Shown: positions 12,260 through 26,168, counted from the stretch's first letter. The stretch is DNA of 64,000 bases from Haliotis rufescens (GCF_023055435.1 NW_025964223.1:13640001-13704000), one strand, 5' to 3'. The notes: generated by a model not told the origin, from the letters alone. A program made the numbers and translations.

Positions 12260-14252
12260 GTATACTGCCACTACTATTGTCAATATGACTTCTTCTGCCT
12301 TAGTTCGGCTACTGTCACTATAATTAGTACCATTAACACTGTCATACTAATTAGTACTACTACAACCACTGTCTTTATAAATCGTACCATCGGCTTGCCA
12401 GATATATTATAACTAGTACTACTACTGCCACGTTCACTTTACTTAGTACTAGTACTTCTACAGTTACTGTGATTAGTACACTATAATTAGTATCATTACT
12501 ACTGTCCATCACTATAATTAGTACTAGTTCTACCACAATCACTTGAATTACTTCTAGTACCGACAGTGCCATTAACACTGTCACTATAATTAGTAGTACT
12601 ACTGCCACTTTTACTATAAAAAGTAACAGTGGTTCCACTGTCACTGTACTTTGTTCTTGTACTTACATCCCACTATGATTAGTGCCATGAACACTGTCAC
12701 GCTAATTAGTAGAATTACTGCCACGGGTAAAATAATTAGTACTATTCGGCCATTGTCACTATAATTAGTACTAGTACTACCATTGTCACTATAATTAGTA
12801 CTAGTACTACCACTGTCACTATAATTAGTATCACCACTACTTCCACTGTCACTATACTTAGTTCCAGTACAGCCACCGTTACTATGATTAATACCATTAA
12901 CATTATAACTATTATTAGTACAACTACTTCCACTATCACAATAGTTAGTACTGGTGTTGCCACAGCCACTATGTCAGTACCATTAATACTGCCACTGTTA
13001 CTATTTAGTACCACCACACCACCGTCACTACCATTAGTTCTAGTACTGCCACAGTCACTATTATTAGTACTATTAACATTATCACTATAATTAGTACCAC
13101 CACACCACTGTCACTACCATCAGTTCTAGTACTGCCACAGTCACTATAATTAGTACTATTTCTACCACTGTTACTATTTAGTACCACCACACCACTTCTC
13201 ACTACCATTAGTTCTAGTACTGCCACAGTCACTATTATTAGTACTAATTCTGCCACTGTTACTATTTAGTACCCCCACTTCTGTCAATAACCATTAGTTC
13301 TAGTACTGACACAATCCCTATAATTAGTACTACTTCTGCCACTGTAACTATGATTAGAACCACCACACACCGTCACTACCATTAGTTCTAGTACTGCCAC
13401 AGTCACTATAATTAGTACTACTTCTGCCACTGTTACTATGATTAGAACCATCACACCACTGTCACTACCATTAGTTCTAGTACTGCCACTGTCACTATAA
13501 TTAGTACTACTTCTGCCACTGTCACTATGATTAGAACCATCACACCACTGTCACTACCATTAGTTCTAGTACTGCCACTGTCACTATAATTAGTACTACT
13601 TCTGCCACTGTTACTATGATTAGAACCATCACACCACTGTCACTACCATTAGTTCTAGTACTGCCACTGTCACTATAATTAGTACTACTTCTGCCACTGT
13701 CACTATGATTAGAACCATCACACCACTGTCACTACCATTAGTTCTAGTACTGCCACTGTCACTATAATTAGTACTACTTCTGCCACTGTCACTATGATTA
13801 GAACCATCACACCACTGTCACTACCATTAGTTCTAGTACTGCCACTGTCACTATAATTAGTACTACTTCTGCCACTGTTACTATGATTAGAACCATCACA
13901 CCACTGTCACAACCATTAGTTCTAGTACTGCCACTGTCACTATAATTAGTACTACTTCTGCCACTGTTACTATGATTAGAACCATCACACCACTGTCACA
14001 ACCATTAGTTCTAGTACTGCCACTGTCACTATAATTAGTACTACTTCTGCCACTGTTACTATGATTAGAACCATCACACCACTGTCACAACCATTAGTTC
14101 TAGTACTGCCACTGTCACTATAATTAGTACTACTTCTGCCACTGTTACTATGATTAGAACCATCACACCACTGTCACAACCATTAGTTCTAGTACTGCCA
14201 CAATCACTATTATTAGTACTACTGCTGCCACTGTTACTATGATTAGAACCAC
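12260..14252. repeat. ~30-bp minisatellite; degenerate on the left, homogeneous 89-bp higher-order unit (30+30+29) from ~13330
   Basis: Subunits CCACTGTCACTACCATTAGTTCTAGTACTG / CCACTGTCACTATAATTAGTACTACTTCTG / CCACTGT(C/T)ACTATGATTAGAACCATCACA; period 89 (13456 to 13545). Confidence 0.92.
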
Positions 14253-14964
14253 TTCTCTTGGCACTTTCATTACAATTATAGAGTTTTACGACTATAAAGA
14301 TATTGTACACCAAAGTAGAGTTTTTTTTAATGTTCTTAATACCCACAAACCCTCTTGACTTTATCTTCATGGGATCCCAGTGATGAAGATGCTGAATTAA
14401 AGTGTCATGGAACCCAACGTCTTGCTAACGAGGAGATTCTAAAAAGAGACCAGTTTTCGTCATACGGTTAAAAACCGTTTAGTTTAGAAGCCTCTTTGCT
14501 CCGAGCGAAATGTCAAATACCTTTGTGAAGTCTAGAAAGCACGGTAAACAGTACGTCGTGTAGAATGATAGATGGGTTACCAGGAAATGTACAAGATTGT
14601 TATCAAAGACTACGAGACAAGTTTGAGACTCTGACAAGGAAAGTTCCTTTCAAGGTAAACTTGGATTTCATTTTGGACAAAGGGAAAGTGGCTTCGAATT
14701 TATACTCTGAGAAGAGAAATATGGTTACTCGTAAAAAAATGTGTGTTGATTTTTATACTTAGATGCAAGTCCTTCCAGGATTTATTCACAATCGAACTTT
14801 GTTAATTCAGGCAGATTTAGTTATAAACGTCCGGATTGAAGGATCTTAGATCTAAAGAAGAAAGGAGTATACTTGCGAACTGTGACGGGATGGAAATTAT
14901 GGAAAGTTTAATAGGGCATCGTCATCATCAGGAGCAACATAAGTACAATTTGATCGATAATATC

Positions 14965-16005
14965 AGATGTAACGTCACTACACGATGGACGTTTACACCA
15001 GGAAAAACATGACTACAAGTTGGTTAATTTGCACCTGGAACAAAGTCATTATCATCATCAGGAATAATGTAACTGTAAGATGGATGTAGAACACCAGGAA
15101 AAACATAACTACAAGATGGATGTCGAGCATCGGGAATAACGTAACTATAAGATGTATCAAGAGCATCGGGAATAACGTAACTATAAGATGTATGTAGAGC
15201 ATCGGGAATAACGTAACTATAAGATGTATGTAGAGCATCGGGAATAACGTAACTATAAGGTGAATCTAGAGCATCGGGAATAGCGTAACTATAAGATGTA
15301 TCAAGAGCATCGGGAATAACGTAACCATAAGATGTATGTAGAGCATCGGGAATAACGTAACTATAAGATATATGTAGAGCATCGGGAATAGCGTAACTAT
15401 AAGATGTATGTAGAGCAACGGGAATAACGTAACTATAAGATATATGTAGAGCATCGGGAATAACGTAACTATAAGATGGATGTAGAGCAACGGGAATAAC
15501 GTAACTATAAGATATATGTAGAGCATCGGGAATAACGTAACTATAAGATATATGTAGAGCATCGGGAATAACGTAACTATAAGATATATGTAGAGCATCG
15601 GGAATAACGTAACTATAAGATGTATGTAGAGCATCTGGAATAACCGTAACGATGGACGTTTACACCAGGAAAAACATGACTGCAAGTCGTTTAATTTGCA
15701 CCTGAAACAAAGTCATTATCATCATTAGGAATAACGTAACTGTAAGATGGATGTAGAGCACCAGGAATAACGTAACTATAAGATGGATGTAGAGCATCGG
15801 GAATAACGTTGTTATAAGATGTATCAAGAGCATCTGGAATAACGTAAGTATAAGATCTATGTAGAGCATCGGGAATAGCGTAACTATAAGATGTATGTAG
15901 AGCATCGGGAATAACGTAACTATAAGATGGGCCTACAGAATCAGGACTAACGTAACTATAAGATGGATGTACATCATCAGGAATAACGTCATTGCAGGAT
16001 GGATG
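14965..16005. repeat. 36-bp minisatellite, variant 1
   Basis: Unit GAGCATCGGGAATAACGTAACTATAAGATGTATGTA, with a larger duplicated block at ~14983-15120 and ~15650-15790. Confidence 0.93.
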
Positions 16006-16013
16006 TATTGTAT

Positions 16014-17736
16014 TACGTCACTACAAGACAGGTGTAAAGCATCAGGAATAACGTCACTACAAGTTCGGTGTAAAGCAACAGAAACAACGTCACTACAAGA
16101 TCGGTGTAAAGTAACAGAAACAACGTCACTACAAGATCGCTGTAAAGTAACAGAAACAACGTCACTACAAGATCGGTGTAAAGTAACAGAAACAACGTCA
16201 CTACAAGATCGGTGTAAAGCATCAGGAATAACGTCACTACAAGTTCGGTGTAAAGCAACAGAAACAACGTCACTACAAGATCGGTGTAAAGTAACAGAAA
16301 CAACGTCACTACAAGATCGCTGTAAAGTAACAGAAACAACGTCACTACAAGATCGGTGTAAAGTAACAGAAACAACGTCACTACAAGATCGGTGTAAAGC
16401 ATCAGGAATAACGTCACTACAAGTTCGGTGTAAAGCAACAGAAACAACGTCACTACAAGATCGGTGTAAAGTAACAGAAACAACGTCACTACAAGATCGC
16501 TGTAAAGTAACAGAAACAACGTCACTACAAGATCGGTGTAAAGTAACAGAAACAACGTCACTACAAGATCGGTGTAAAGCATCAGGAATAACGTCACTAC
16601 AAGTTCGGTGTAAAGCAACAGAAACAACGTCACTACAAGATCGGTGTAAAGTAACAGAAACAACGTCACTACAAGACAGGTGTAAAGTAACAGAAACAAC
16701 GTCACTACAAGATCGGTGTAAAGTAACAGAAACAACGTCACTACAAGATCGGTGTAAAGCATCAGGAATAACGTCACTACAAGTTCGGTGTAAAGCAACA
16801 GAAACAACGTCACTACAAGATCGGTGTAAAGTAACAGAAACAACGTCACTACAAGATCGGTGTAAAGTAACAGAAACAACGTCACTACAAGATCGGTGTA
16901 AAGTAACAGAAACAACGTCACTACAAGATCGGTGTAAAGTAACAGAAACAACGTCACTACAAGATCGGTGTAAAGCATCAGGAATAACGTCACTACAAGT
17001 TCGGTGTAAAGCAACAGAAACAACGTCACTACAAGATCGGTGTAAAGTAACAGAAACAACGTCACTACAAGATCGCTGTAAAGTAACAGAAACAACGTCA
17101 CTACAAGATCGGTGTAAAGTAACAGAAACAACGTCACTACAAGATCGGTGTAAAGCATCAGGAATAACGTCACTACAAGTTCGGTGTAAAGCAACAGAAA
17201 CAACGTCACTACAAGATCGGTGTAAAGTAACAGAAACAACGTCACTACAAGATCGGTGTAAAGTAACAGAAACAACGTCACTACAAGATCGGTGTAAAGT
17301 AACAGAAACAACGTCACTACAAGATCGCTGTAAAGCATCAGGAATAACGTCACTACAAGATCGGTGTAAAGCAACAGGAATAACGCCACTACAAGACAGG
17401 TGTAAAGCATCTGGAATAACGTCACTACAAGATCGGTGTTAAGCAACAGGAATAACGTCACTACAAGATCGGTGTTAAGCAACAGGAATAACGTCACTAC
17501 AAGATCGGTGTTAAGCAACAGGAATAACGTCACTACAAGATCGGTGTAAAGCATTGGGAACAATGTCACTACAAGATCGGTGTAAAGCATCAGGAATAAC
17601 GTCACTACAAGATCGGTGTTAAGCAACAGGAATAACGTCACTACAAGATCGGTGTTAAGCAACAGGAATAACGTCACTACAAGATCGGTGTAAAGCATTG
17701 GGAACAACGTCACTACAAGATCGGTGTAAAGCAACA
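16014..17736. repeat. 36-bp minisatellite, variant 2, with 180-bp (5-mer) higher-order repeat
   Basis: Unit AACGTCACTACAAGATCGGTGTAAAGTAACAGAAAC, about 48 copies. Lines starting at 16201, 16381, 16561 and 16741 are identical (180-bp spacing). Confidence 0.96.
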
Positions 17737-20700
17737 AAGTCAATTCGTACACATTGCAGTACACAGTTTACTCATACTTAAGATCGGTATTTTTTTGGTG
17801 AATTTAAAAGTATGCAATTGCAAAGTTATTTACATCATTATGTTATATCACTCAATAAATGCGCAATATTTCTGTGACCACAGTAGGCAGCAGGGAGGTT
17901 GAACGCTGTTGAATGAAAATGCCAGACACGTTCATGTAATCAGTTTGAAATGATCACAAATAGAACTCTTCAAATAACGTTTATTACGAAATATTTGCAA
18001 GGGTTTTCACAGCATTTGTTCCACCTTTTGGCTGCATAACCGAAATTCGCAGCGGATTTATCTGCATGACTGATCGCTGCTCTTTGGGTGTACAATCATT
18101 CAACAGAAAAAACACACGCCACGCTGTAGGGCAGGGAGACGTTTCGCTGTTATCGGTTAACCAGTGATGAAAAGTAACCAAGTAATTGCTGAACACTTCA
18201 AAAAGGGAAGTATGCGAATTACATGACTACTTATTTTTTGCATATTTTATTGGCTTTTAAGATGGAGATTAGTCATACACCTACCGGTTCACCGAGGTCA
18301 CGAGTCATTATTTCTTATACCCACACTAGGAGCGAATCCAACTCTACGGGAAATGTTTGAATAAGTCTTCTGATCGGACCCCCAAATCTACTGTCTGTTT
18401 ATTTGGTTCTCTTTGAGTTCACGTGAATTCATTTTCTGCGCAATGGTCCTTGTCTGTTTGAAGGGTAATGACTAACACAACTAGCTCCCTCCGTACCAGA
18501 AGTGGGTCTCCTTAAGCCAGTGTCGTTAACATTCCAAATGCCCCCTTAAAATATATTATTCTTTATTCCGTGTTTGGCCGATTGTGCAACCCCTATCACG
18601 AAAATGAAAACAGGTGAACCATGAACTACAGAAAGGTTTTACAGGACATTTAGACATCAGATTTAACTACAACCTCAAAACGGTTCGGGATTCTCCTGTC
18701 ACCACCGGAGATTCCCGAACGTAAAGCGCAGACGACACAAGAATGTCCCGACAGTTCAAAGACCCATGCCTTGAAAAAATCGCCCGATAAGAAATTCTTC
18801 TTTACATAAGGGAGAGAAAAAAGGCAGAAAATAATGCTGTCCCCTCTGCCAAAAAGACATGAACGATAAAGGTATGCGGCCATAAACAGCCATTTTGTAA
18901 AACAATCGAAAGAACACTTTTATGTTCTACCATCTATCAAACAAAGAGGGTTGTCAGCTCTTTACAGTAATGTTCTCCTACCAATACTGCTTGGCATTCT
19001 GGGACTTCCAGGGGGTGACACGGCATCCTCCTGAGCTGCGCATACACGAGACTTTTGTCACCTGCAAGTATGTCAAACCATAACTATACGCGTACCGTTA
19101 CAAAATAACGCCATTCAGTCCACTGGCTGTCTTCATAAATATTCATCAGCCTTTCCAAAACAGAGTTCCAGCTGCACTTAAAGAACATCCCTGTCTGAAC
19201 GTGATGTCACCAACGCTAATTATCTTTTAATTTAATCTTATGCATTGATGCTGACTTTAGTCCAATAAGTCTAATATGAAAGGGGTATGTTTTTAGATGA
19301 ATGTTAGTTAATTTTTCGTTGGTTGTAATTTCAGGGAGATCTGGTTTGTTCGTTGCATGGGCGTATTTGATTACAGCGTACATATATACGTATATAAAGC
19401 ATGCTGTTTCTATTTTCAAAAGGCGTAAAAGTGATAATGTTTAGCTTATCCATTTTGACTTTTCAAAAATTCTTTCTTCGCCGTTGTATTAACCTCAGAC
19501 CATTATACTACGTGGTCAAACGGAACATCTTCTACAGCGTAACAAGATATAAGTTAAGTTAACTTGAGTATTCAAATGGTATAATACATGCGTGAATGTA
19601 ACTCGGTAAACTGGATGCTAAAACGGTTTTCGGAATATTTTGTTTGAAATTTGTTTGAAGTTACTGTGACAATTTCAGACAAAGAAGAAACAACGGGTTA
19701 GCAGAACACATTTTAAGTGTATCTGCGAAAAAACGTAAAAATCCATGTTTATTGCAGCTTGGAAAATCTTGAAAATACATCAGCAAAATATTTGCAAAGA
19801 TTGTTTAATCTGCACAACGTCAACTATGCGCATGCATCCTTGTACCCCACTGTTAGAACATGTCCCCATGACGCACGGATCAAAACCCCGAGCAGTCCGA
19901 ATGTTACCACCCTCGTGATATTGGTGCGTTAATATCATTATGAACGAGTTGGTAATGTGAAATTCTGAATGCACTATGAGTGGCAAGGCATGCGCATCCA
20001 CTGTATAAGAGAGAAATATGAAGCTGAAGAATTATGAATATGTTGTAATAATGTCACTCTAATGGTTAACGCTGTATGTATCTGTACCGTGTTTCCTCTG
20101 GGATTGCAAAGTCTATAACCTGCGATCTCAATCGTGTCCATCATATTCCTTAATCATTTTTACATTGGAACTGGTCGCATTAAATTCAGCTCAGAGTAAT
20201 CATCCATATCTGATTATTTTCTAGTCCACGTTTGTCCCCTGTGTTATTCTGTCATTTCACTGTTTTCTCATTAAATTGATGCAGATTACAAAAACGGTGC
20301 ATTTGAAAATACATCCTCGTGAAAAATGACCATAAGTACTCCAGAGTTTGTCATACAGTGGTCTCGACAATATACATTATCTGAGTATTCAGCAAATGCC
20401 TTATGACAAACATAACGTATTTATATTAGTCAGAACAATTTGAAAACTGTTAGTTATTTATAAATTTTAAAAAACCATCTAAAACAAATAATACGCTAAT
20501 GGTGTTATTCGTTGACGAACAAATAGACCCAGAACAATAGCAGATACTTCAATGGAGATTTGAAAATAACCCGAAATGGTTTGGTACTATTTCACGAGGA
20601 CCAAAACTAAGTCGACACCGACCTCGGGACTTTTATTAACTGGTATAATCGCCTATGACATAACATCACCACGTGCGCTTTGACAACTAATTCTTTGTCG

Positions 20701-22854
20701 TCCTGCAGTTCCGATTTATTCAAATTCTTTCGTCTCAGAACACGGAAATAAAGGGAATTTCCTAGGAGATAACACAAATATCAAAGGGCTACTTGCAGAA
20801 TCATTAACTTCATGGGAAGGGATAAATAAAAGCCGAACTTGCAATCGCAGGAGCAGAGGTTATACAATAGACGGACCCAGCTTTTCACTGCCTGGCGCTC
20901 TTGTGCGGGCATCAATGAATTGAAATGAGAGCGCCTTTGATAGATTTCTTTCCCCGAGACCTGGTGTAAAGAAATTTAACAATAACGGTCGGGGGCATCC
21001 GCAGCGAATTCAATTTGTTCCGCATTTATAACCGGTTATGAATTTGTAATTAAAGATGTCGGTCGTCCAATTTCCATTTTTGGCACGTGGTTTTCACAAG
21101 AACCCTTGCACCCGCACTGGTATCTAAATATTTTATGATAACTTGTATTGTATTGTACGTATTGTGGGTCTTTGAGAATTATTATCGCGTTATTCTGACC
21201 AAAGTATTATTTCCCTCCCCTTTGTTCTAAAACCAGACTGTTAGGGAGAGTATTGTGCCTTTTGACACAACCCATCAGTAAATCAAAATAATCAACAACC
21301 GATGTGTATTGGGATTAATTATATTCGCAATGTCTGTATTTATTATTATGGTTGATGTTTTAAAGAAAAGTTTTCAAATAGGTCACCTTGTAAACGGTTT
21401 TATTGTTTCATGTTTTTTTTTATTCGAATTCGTATTTTTTCCCTGAAAATAAAGTTTGTCTGAATAAATAAGAATGATGAAACGATATATGTTTCTTGTA
21501 CGGTACTGTTTAGAAATATGCGTATTTTTCTCTTGGGTTATTCCAAAGGTAAGGCGTCGTGGTATTAACTGAATAAACTTATAAGTAGTTACAACTCGAA
21601 CCGACAGTTCGTTTTTTTCGTTGTATATCGAATGAAAAAAATTGAGTCGCAGGATACATGTTTATGTGTAGTTTTTGTTTCGCAAGTTTACGTAATTTCT
21701 GAATGTATTGTGTTATTTTACAGAAGCTGTAGGTTTCATTATGAACTATGTAGCGATGTGTGATCTTCAGGTCGTAAAAAAAAAATGATTTTTTATAGAA
21801 ATGATGAAATAAATTTGTATTTTTATGAGAATAAAAAAGTAAAAAACAATTAAATATTTATTTGTTCTTTACACATGATTTCATAAACTGCTCAAATTAA
21901 TTGCTATATGATTCTTTTAACACAATAAAGTGTTTTTCTTTATGAAACATCCAACAAGGTCTCGTCATTTTATGGAAATGCCACGTCAGTTAATACTGCG
22001 ATCCCAGGGGAGTATATGGTTCAGTCTTGTTCTGTCTGCGAGCTGCTATTAAATTTGTTTCTGGCCTTCCCGCAGTGTTACATCATAACACCAGCTTTTT
22101 AATGATCGCCGAATTCCCTGCGTTTCCCAACACTGCTTGGCAGCCCACAACCGACGCTGGGAGCATGTGTTTTCATGACAGAACCACCGCTGGGGGGCGC
22201 TGTTACTACACGACCAATTAGAATGCTCCCAGTCGCGAGGTCATAAGGTCAGATGCTCAAGTGGGGGAGCTTGAAATTTAATTTCTCCGCTTGGCCCAAG
22301 GATGGTGATTTATGCAGCGATTTTTTGGCGTAATACTGAAAGATTATTTCTTTTCCTGTGTATCGTTTCGTGGTTGTCGAGACAACAAATAAACTTTGGT
22401 GTCGGAGCGACAGTCGGGCAAAGACAGTACCCTTACAATGTCACGACAGGTCAGGATAGAGTTTTCAAAATGGCCTCTGGCCTGGGTATGGGATGGGAAA
22501 AGGATACAAAATACAACCAGCTTCCTAAAAACCCGCCGATTGCCACCCACACTGTTGACATTTTGATTGAGTTATATTAGAAGGAATAAAACTACTGGGG
22601 CTGCCATAAAGGTTTTTTTCAACGAAAAGAAATATTAGAAAAACACTTGGGTCTAATTGTGTGTCCTTGACAAGAGGTAAGGGAGGAACTGTGTATGAAG
22701 AGTATAGGAGCAAACTCTTTATACGAGTCATGCAGTAAAGTAAAGAAAAAATAATATACACGATATAGACATTTGAAACTTCAACATGTTTATGGGTAAA
22801 ACACTTTTGAAAAGATATGCCTTACGTATATGGTAATATCTATTCCCGTTTATT

Positions 22855-23900
22855 AATAACATTGTTGTTGATAAGAATAACATTGCTGATGACATGAATA
22901 ACAATGCCGATGACAAAAATAACATTTCTGATGACAAGGTTGATAATGCTGATGAAAGAATAACATTGCTGATGACAAGAATAACAATGCTAATGAAAGA
23001 ATAACATTGCTGATGACAAGAGTGACATTGCAGGTGGTAGGAATAACGTTGCTGATGACAAAATTAATGATGCTGATGAAAGAATAACATTGCTGATGAT
23101 AAAAATAGCATTGCTGTTAACAAGAATAACATATCTGATGACAAGAATAACAATGCTGATGACAAGAATGACATTGCTGATGACAAGAATAACATTGCTG
23201 ATGACAAGAATAACATTGCTGATGACAAGAATGACATTGCTGATGACATGAATAATATTGCTGATGACAAGATTTATATTACCGATGAAAAAATAACATT
23301 GCTGATGACAAGAATAACATTGCTGATGACAAGAATAACATTGCTGATGACAAGAGTAACATTGCTGATGACAAGAATAACATTACCGATGACAAGAATA
23401 AGTTTACCGATGACAAGAATGACATTTCTCATGACAAGAATATCATTGCTGATGAGAAGAATGACATTGCTCATAACAGGAATAACATTGCTGATGACAA
23501 GAATAATATTGCTGATGAGAATAATAATATAAATGATGACAAGAGTGACATTGCTGATGATAGGAATAAAGTTGCTGATGACAAGAATAGCATTGATGAT
23601 GACAAGAATAACATTGCTGATGACATGAATAATATTGCCGATGACAAGAATAACATTGCTGATGAAAGAATAACAGTGCTTATGACAAGAATAGCATTGC
23701 TGATAACAAGAATAATATTGCGGATGACAAGAATAATATTTCTGATGAGAATAATAATATTAATTATGACAAGAATAGCATTACTGATGACAAGAATAAT
23801 ATTGCTGATGACAGGAATAACATTGCTGATGAGAATAAGAATATTGATGATGACAAGAACAACATTGCTGGTGATTAGAACAACATTGCTGATGACAAGC
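22855..23900. repeat. 21-bp minisatellite, about 50 degenerate copies
   Basis: Unit GAATAACATTGCTGATGACAA. Confidence 0.95.
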
Positions 23901-24038
23901 ATAAAACATTGATGCGGTGCATGTCCTCAGGTTACATCTGTATGACGATGAATGAGATTGCCATTTCCTTTGTTTACTACACACATCACAAAATAATTAA
24001 TAAATACACACTCTTACATATAACCGAAACATTTCAGA

Positions 24039-24109
24039 AGCCTTGTGGTAAAGCGTTCACTCGTCACGCCGATGACCCGGGTTCGATGCCCGACATGATT
24101 ACATTTCTG

Positions 24110-24148
<39 letters not shown>

Positions 24149-24205
24149 CCGTGATATTGCTGGCATATTGCTAAAAGCGGCGTAAAACCATACTCATTCA
24201 CTCAC
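24039..24205 (+). mobile_element. SINE family B copy with expanded internal poly-C
   Basis: GTGGTAAAGCGTTCACTCGTCACGCCGATGACCCGGGTTCGATGCCC head, shared tail GCCGTGATATTGCTGGCATATTGCTAAAAGCGGCGTAAAACCATACTCA, and about 35 C. Confidence 0.85.
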
Positions 24206-25023
24206 ATATGCGTCTGCCTTGTGTATTCTCAATGAAACGTTAATAACTGACATAGAAATATTAAGATCTCTATTATTGCAGGTTCTTATCACATATGACC
24301 AATTATATATAATATTTGCATTCCATAGATACAGTCTTAGAGCAACTAGAATAATGTAGCCATCAGTTGTTGTATCATAACATATCATATACCTATGTTT
24401 AGCTGAAGGTGCACGTGCAATTATCTAGCATGGTAACTGTAACCAATACACGGGAGGAAAGATCGTATTGCTGGTTTCAGATCACATACAGATGCGGGAC
24501 CCTTGTTGGCATCGTGACCTGTCACGAAGCTCCCCTTTCTAAACACACATCCATCGTCTCTCACGTTATAAATATACTTACATAATACTCATTTACGGGA
24601 GTCTGTTGTAGCGTTTAGAAAGGAAAACATTGTAAATCTTCCAATGTTTTCAGAGTGCGTATCACGTCGGTATCGCTGCAAGATGTAGCAGATCTGTCAG
24701 TAATGCTATAGACATGTAGCACCCTGAAATAAACACAGTGTTATTTACGACAGGGTTCGAACATGGCTGCAATTAACATTAGTCTTGTGTAATGTGCAAC
24801 AATGTCGTGATGGATATGAAATGAGAATTTTCATGGTAATAAATGGCTTTCCTTATCGAGTTTGTCATATTTCGCTGTGGCTGTTTGTAGCTTTACGGTA
24901 GAATAAACTACGCAAAACAACGTATTTCTCCAAACCATGTATGGAATGTAAATACATAAACACAATTTCGTGAGAAACGCTCACCGATCCACTTTCTCTG
25001 TAGTATTGTGTAAAAACAAAACA

Positions 25024-25853
25024 TAGTCAACTCCGCGTATAACGAACGAAAGGGATTTTAGAAATCAGTTCTTTATATCTAACGTTTAGGAGATAAACTG
25101 TCATTTGTAATCTACAATATTAGACGCAGTTTTCAAATGTTAAAATGTCCGTACATCAAATATCCAATACCAACCGCAAATCTGAAATAAAATGTTTATG
25201 GATATTGTACAATTTACATCTTCACATCACCCCTTTCTATGTGAACTCGGTCATACAGACGATGAAACAAATATATCCAGTGCAGCCCATGAAAGTCTAC
25301 AATGTTTGGCAAGTCTAGATTACTGCAGTATCAGTATCTGAAAATGAAGAAAGTCTCTGGGCTTCTTTTTATTATATTTCATAACTATAATTTAACAACT
25401 TCTTTTCTGGAAAATATGTTCATTGCAGTGACAAGATGTTAGTCTTCGTGAACTCCCACACTTCGAACTGTGAGCAGACTCTCTGGGAACTGCGACAGAC
25501 ACTCTGGACTGACATGAAGTCATGATACATTGGATGATGGCACATGTTTCCGTTGTAATTGAACACGCCTTGGTAGCGGCATGTTGAGAAAAGGCAACAA
25601 TGACGAAGTTGTTATGATATACATTGATCAACTTGGAATATGAATGTAGAGTCCAATCCACCAAGCCGAATGCCATGCTTTTCAAATTTGGGATTTATAC
25701 GTAGTGAAACGTTAATTTTCGGGTGTAAATACCATCTCATTCGTTTTACAGTCACACGAACGATGACGTTGATTACCGATTGCTATTGATTAGATCAGTT
25801 TCGTTATAGCCAAGTGTTTGCTGTATTCGATTTCCTGTTGTCGGAGTTCACTG
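25024..25853. mobile_element. Old Tc1/mariner(pogo)-type non-autonomous element with a nested MITE
   Basis: Imperfect TIRs TAGTCAACTCCG (25024) and CGGAGTTCACTG (25842-53); subterminal TATAACGAAC / TTCGTTATAG motifs resemble the 31280 MITE family. Confidence 0.45.
25250..25446. mobile_element. TAG...CTA MITE, degraded copy
   Basis: Aligns to 37643-37843 and 41235-41457; flanked by GTGAACTC on both sides. Confidence 0.8.
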
Positions 25854-25893
25854 TTTACATATATTTAACCGTACGGTCGTGTCTGCTTCAGTG

Positions 25894-26168
25894 TGAGTGA
25901 GTTGGGTTTTACGCCGCTTTTAACAGTATTCCAGTTATATCGCGGCGTGTGAGCTTAATGTGGGAGGAAAGCCCGAAGTGATGCAGGTCTCAGACGTTTA
26001 CCACTTCGGTGAAACCCACGAGCACGGGTATGGTGCTGACAAACCTAGAAACATAATGGGGGCGAACCGGGATTCGAACTCACAATCATAGGTTTCTGGC
26101 GTGCCCAAGGGACGCAACTCTGCACAGCGAATCGCGGCTCCTTAGACGATTAGGCCACCCGTGCCCCC
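25894..26168 (-). mobile_element. SINE family A, full length (tRNA-derived head, GGGCTTTCCTCCCAC body motif, shared tail)
   Basis: A box TGGCCTAATCG and B box GTTCGAATCC on the minus strand; 12-bp TSD TCTGCTTCAGTG (25882-93 and 26170-81). Confidence 0.93.

Noticed and set aside
15967-17764. 491-aa (+) and 583-aa (-) ORFs
   Set aside because: Both are translations of a 36-bp tandem repeat that is open on both strands; no unique domain or splice context.
18930-19200. Possible minus-strand exons
   Set aside because: The implied intron is only ~34 nt and the peptide is unrecognisable.
22855-23900. CTGATGA in nearly every 21-bp unit as hammerhead or C/D-box motifs
   Set aside because: No stem II or GAAA with flanking helices; simple minisatellite.
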